Source: Candidatus Portnoybacteria bacterium
GTDB lineage: Bacteria; Patescibacteriota; Minisyncoccia; Portnoybacterales; GWB1-42-6
Assembly (NCBI GenBank): GCA_016208745.1
Contig: JACQXN010000017.1
Span: 1-54,499, forward strand
Reading direction: 5' to 3'
Length of the DNA stretch: 54,499 bases
The position numbers were made by a program, and so were the translations under genes. Below are positions 51,197-54,499 of this stretch, piece by piece (the stretch's first letter is position 1; the number at the start of each line of letters is the position of its first letter). The notes below the pieces were generated by a model. The model made no database searches. It was given only the letters and a program-made list of their open reading frames with translations, and was not told the DNA's origin.

Positions 51197-51847
51197 TTAG
51201 AATACATCTCCTTTATAAACCCAGACTTTAATCCCGACTGTTCCGTAGGTAGTGTAAGCTGTGGCTTGGGCGTAATCAATATTTGCCCTCAATGTCTGGA
51301 GGGGAATTTTGCCTTTGGCCATCTTCTCTTCCCGCGCGATTTCTGCTCCGTCAAGACGGCCTTTTGTTAAAATTTTTGCACCCTCTACTCCTTTTGATTG
51401 TAAAATTTTTGCCATCGCCTGTTTCATTGCCCGACGATAAGAAATTCTTTTTTCAATCTGTTCAGCGATTCCCTGAGCCATAATTGCCGCTCTGGATTCA
51501 GGAAATTTAACTTCTTCTATTTCCAGACGAACTTCCGCTTTTGCCAACGTCGTAGATTCTTTTTTGATAATTTTTTTAACATCTTCTCTTAATTGCTCAA
51601 CGCCGCTACCACCCCGACCAATGATTATCCCGGGCCTGGCTGTCTTTATAACAATATTTACCGCATTGGCTGATCTCTCAATATCTATTCTATCAACGCC
51701 AGCTCTTAAAAGTTTTTGCGTTAAAAAATCTCGGATTTTTACATCCTGTTTAAGAAAATTTTTATATGACTTTTTATTATACCAGCGCGATTTCCAATCA
51801 TCTGTATGCCCGATTCGGAAAACGACTGGATTAACTTTTTGTCCCAC
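51197..51847 (-). CDS. rpsC: 30S ribosomal protein S3 (GTG start)
   Basis: GQKVNPVVFRIG and a KH domain. Confidence 0.9.
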   Translation of the reverse strand: MGQKVNPVVFRIGHTDDWKSRWYNKKSYKNFLKQDVKIRDFLTQKLLRAGVDRIDIERSANAVNIVIKTARPGIIIGRGGSGVEQLREDVKKIIKKESTTLAKAEVRLEIEEVKFPESRAAIMAQGIAEQIEKRISYRRAMKQAMAKILQSKGVEGAKILTKGRLDGAEIAREEKMAKGKIPLQTLRANIDYAQATAYTTYGTVGIKVWVYKGDVF

Positions 51848-51953
51848 GTTCGCTTACGCTCAATTTAAAAGTTAAAAATGAAAAAGTAAAAGTTAATTTT
51901 TCGGTTTTTAATTTTTAAATGTCGTTTTTATATTTTCTGTTTTCCTTTTTCAA
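51848..51953. repeat. Ribosomal-cluster intergenic repeat, family B (rplV|rpsC)
   Basis: gttcgcttacgctc followed by the family B unit. Confidence 0.85.
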
Positions 51954-52523
51954 TTATATTGATTTTCTCCTAAATACTTTCTTCATATTGCCAAAAGTCT
52001 GTCTGCTGAAAAATCTTTTCTTTGATTGAGTTGACGCTCCATATGGCTTTGCCGGCACCGATGGTTTAGTTTTTGACTCCGCCTGCTCTGGAACAGCCAG
52101 TATTTTTTCTTCTTTTTCAACAATAGATTTTTCCCTTAATTCTTCTTTGCCTGTCGATTTTTTCTTTTTAATATCAGAAATTTTAGTAGGAACCTTTTCA
52201 TCCAAAATTAAATTTATCTTAGAAGTCCTTTTTAAAATAGGGGTCGCCCGACCCATAGCTCGCGGTAGCCAGCGTTTGAGGCTCAGGCCTGCTTCAACCG
52301 TTAATTTAGAAATAAACAAGTTATTTTCATCCAAGCTAAAATTGTGCTTAGCATTGCCGATCGCTGAACTTAATAATTTATACAATGGCTCGGCTGTCTT
52401 TTTGCTCATAAACCTAAGCTGAGCTTGAGCCTTTTTGGCATTCATCCCTTTTACTAAATTTGCCACCAATCTTACTTTCCTTGGCGACATTCTTAGATTG
52501 TCTAGTTTGGCTGTAACTTTCAT
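51954..52523 (-). CDS. rplV: 50S ribosomal protein L22 with a ~75-aa Lys/Glu-rich C-terminal extension
   Basis: MKVTAKLDNLRMSPRKVRLVANLVKG. The ATG at 52523 is preferred over the TTG at 52532. Confidence 0.9.
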   Translation of the reverse strand: MKVTAKLDNLRMSPRKVRLVANLVKGMNAKKAQAQLRFMSKKTAEPLYKLLSSAIGNAKHNFSLDENNLFISKLTVEAGLSLKRWLPRAMGRATPILKRTSKINLILDEKVPTKISDIKKKKSTGKEELREKSIVEKEEKILAVPEQAESKTKPSVPAKPYGASTQSKKRFFSRQTFGNMKKVFRRKSI

Positions 52524-52616
52524 ATACCCCAATTAATTATTAACGAATTAATAAATTAACGGATTTTAATTCCCAATGCGTTGATTCGTTAATCCGTTAA
52601 TAAACAATGGACTAAT

Positions 52617-52946
52617 TTATTTTTTTTCTGCCGGCGCCTTTGCCTGCGCCGTTGCATTTTGAGCAGCAGCCGCTTCAAGCTCTCTTTGCATTCGTCCGCC
52701 GTGCCTGACAAATTTTCTGGTTGGCGCAAATTCCCCTAATTTATGACCGACCATTTCTTCAATAATAAAAACCGGAGTGTGCTGGCGGCCGTTATGAACC
52801 CCAAAAGTAAAACCTACCATCTCTGGCGTAATCACGCAAGCTCGCGCCCAGGTCTTGATAATTGTTTTATCACCCGCCTTTAAATCTTTAATTTTCTTTA
52901 ATAATTTCTGGTCCACATAAGGACCTTTTTTTAGACTGCGAGACAC
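52617..52946 (-). CDS. rpsS: 30S ribosomal protein S19 (GTG start, Ala-rich C-terminal tail)
   Basis: [18 protein letters not shown]. Confidence 0.9.
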   Translation of the reverse strand: MSRSLKKGPYVDQKLLKKIKDLKAGDKTIIKTWARACVITPEMVGFTFGVHNGRQHTPVFIIEEMVGHKLGEFAPTRKFVRHGGRMQRELEAAAAQNATAQAKAPAEKK

Positions 52947-53059
52947 GTTCGCTTACGCTCAATTTAAAAGTTAAAAATGAAAAGGTAAAAAGTTAATTTT
53001 TCGGTTTTTAATTTTTAAATGTCGTTTTTATATTTTATATTTTCCTTTTTAATTAATCC
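52947..53059. repeat. Ribosomal-cluster intergenic repeat, family B (rplB|rpsS)
   Basis: gttcgcttacgctc followed by a family B unit identical to the 45669 copy. Confidence 0.85.
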
Positions 53060-53887
53060 TTACTTCCTTCTCTGCAAAATAAACCTATTTGACCATTTCT
53101 TTTTTCTTCTTGTTTTAACCCCTAGCGCCTGCTTGCCCCAAGGAGTTTTTGGCCCTCTCCTTAAACCAATCGGCGCTCGGCCTTCGCCTCCGCCATGAGG
53201 ATGGTCAACTGGATTCATGGCTGAACCTCTGACTGTCGGCCTTATCCCCATCCATCGCGCTCTTCCTGCTTTGCCAATGACCTCAATGCCGTGCTCAGGA
53301 TTGCTGACTTGGCCAATTGTAGCAAAACAAGTATCTCTAAACTTTCTAATTTCACCTGATGGAAATTTTATGTCTGTGTATCCGCCTTCGTTAGCCATAA
53401 CTTGGGCAAAAGACCCGGCCGAATGAACAAGTTTTCCGCCGCTGCCCGGGACAGTTTCAATATCATGAATTTGCGTGCCAACTAAAATATTTTTTAGCAA
53501 AAGACGATTGCCGATATTTGCCGGCGCGTTTTCTTGAGTTATAACTTCGCTGCCTGTTTTTAAATCATGCGGCGCAATAATATATCTTTTTTCGCCATCT
53601 TTGTAATTTAATAAAGCGATAAAGCAAGAACGATTAGGGTCGTATTCAATTGCGGAAACTTTAGCTGAGATTCCAAATTTGTCCCGTCTGAAATCTATTA
53701 AGCGATACTGCCTTTTGTGCCCGCCTCCTTTATGCCATACAGTTATACGGCCGCTGCGACCACGGCCTGCCTGTTTTTTTAACGGCGCCAGCAAGCTCTT
53801 TTCCGGTTCTTTGATAGTCAAAATCCCCTTCGTTTCAACACGAGTCATTTGCCTTCTTCCTGGGCTTGTTGGTCGATAATCTTTCAT
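53060..53887 (-). CDS. rplB: 50S ribosomal protein L2
   Basis: [29 protein letters not shown]. Confidence 0.95.
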   Translation of the reverse strand: MKDYRPTSPGRRQMTRVETKGILTIKEPEKSLLAPLKKQAGRGRSGRITVWHKGGGHKRQYRLIDFRRDKFGISAKVSAIEYDPNRSCFIALLNYKDGEKRYIIAPHDLKTGSEVITQENAPANIGNRLLLKNILVGTQIHDIETVPGSGGKLVHSAGSFAQVMANEGGYTDIKFPSGEIRKFRDTCFATIGQVSNPEHGIEVIGKAGRARWMGIRPTVRGSAMNPVDHPHGGGEGRAPIGLRRGPKTPWGKQALGVKTRRKKKWSNRFILQRRK

Positions 53888-54017
53888 AATTTTGCTAAAA
53901 GGTTTGATTAATTATGTGCGCTACAGAATACGAATGACTTACAGATATACAGATAAACATTCTGTTGCGATAAGTGTTTCTCAATCTGTATATCTGTACT
54001 TATCTGTATGCTGGTAG

Positions 54018-54479
54018 CTATCGGGGCATTATTTCAATCTTTTCTCCTTCTGCTAATTTGACCATTGCTTTTTTGAAACCGGGCTTAAAACCTTCGCTCT
54101 TGCCAATCCGACGGGCTTTTCTTGGAGTGTTTACAATATTGACTTTATCAACTGCCACGCCATACAAATCCTGAACCGCTTTCTTGATTTCCTGTTTATT
54201 AGCCGGGGAGTAAACATTAAAAACGTAGATATTTCTATCAGCCAGCATACCGGACTTCTCTGTCACGCGCGGGGATTCTAAAATTCTGTAGGCTTGGGAA
54301 AAATGTTTTTTCTCAACCCGCTTGGTGAGCTTGGCCGGCTTTTGCAAAATTTCATCTAAATTCTTCTTGAGCTTTGGCGCCTCTTTTGGCGCGGCTTTCG
54401 CTGACTTTTCCGAAACCTTTGCCTTTTTAGCTTCCGGCTCTATTTTTTTAGTTTTTTTAAATCGATCAAATAATGACAT
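54018..54479 (-). CDS. rplW: 50S ribosomal protein L23 with a ~55-aa Lys/Ala-rich N-terminal extension
   Basis: Core SPRVTEKSGMLADRNIYVFNVYSPANKQEIKKAVQDLYGV. Confidence 0.85.
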   Translation of the reverse strand: MSLFDRFKKTKKIEPEAKKAKVSEKSAKAAPKEAPKLKKNLDEILQKPAKLTKRVEKKHFSQAYRILESPRVTEKSGMLADRNIYVFNVYSPANKQEIKKAVQDLYGVAVDKVNIVNTPRKARRIGKSEGFKPGFKKAMVKLAEGEKIEIMPR

Positions 54480-54499
54480 ATGAGCTTCGCTAAATTAAA
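54480..54499. repeat. Start of another family A repeat (truncated by the window edge)
   Basis: atgagcttcgctaaattaaa matches the first 20 nt of the copies at 47802 and 48605. Confidence 0.6.

Noticed and set aside
1-54499. Alternative genetic code (UGA recoding), as in some CPR-related lineages
   Set aside because: An RF2 gene with a UGA-dependent frameshift site is present, and conserved genes such as recJ end at TGA at the expected length.

Overview
The window is AT-rich, very gene-dense and almost entirely coded on the minus strand. Only 5010-6833 and 18434-18625 are plus-strand genes. The content fits a Candidate Phyla Radiation (Patescibacteria/Parcubacteria-like) bacterium using the standard genetic code. 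From right to left it holds an S10/spc/secY ribosomal-protein cluster (rplW to rplO, secY, adk, map) with no rpmD (L30). Next come GT2/galT, DedA, a pilin-like gene, tpiA-pgk, recJ, RNase HI, PspC and GIN-domain proteins, a 42-aa desulforedoxin, RNase P RNA and a visibly GC-richer M16 peptidase. Then follow a five-gene glycan locus (WbaP-like transferase, three GT4, Wzz-like), a DUF4012-like protein, murJ, a tyrosine recombinase, a LAGLIDADG endonuclease and lepA. The left part holds tRNA-Gly, tRNA-Thr and tRNA-Gln, prfB with its +1 frameshift, ftsEX, a small accessory stretch with secreted and hypothetical proteins, and GH1/GT2/EamA/GIY-YIG/GH genes. The most unusual property is not a single gene. 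Almost every intergenic gap, even inside the ribosomal-protein cluster and between ftsE and ftsX, holds a structured palindromic repeat, and these fall into several recognisable families. Related hairpin modules also sit in-frame inside essential genes (prfB, lepA, the rpmC 3' end), recalling Rickettsia palindromic elements. The best candidate for a discrete undescribed system is a 63-aa zinc-ribbon gene bracketed by ~47-bp inverted repeats, lying divergent from the tyrosine recombinase and near the homing endonuclease; it could be an invertible or mobile cassette. No CRISPR array, reverse transcriptase or known defence genes were recognised. All calls come from reading the sequence and ORF translations by eye, with no searches or folding programs, so boundaries of RNA and repeat features are approximate.
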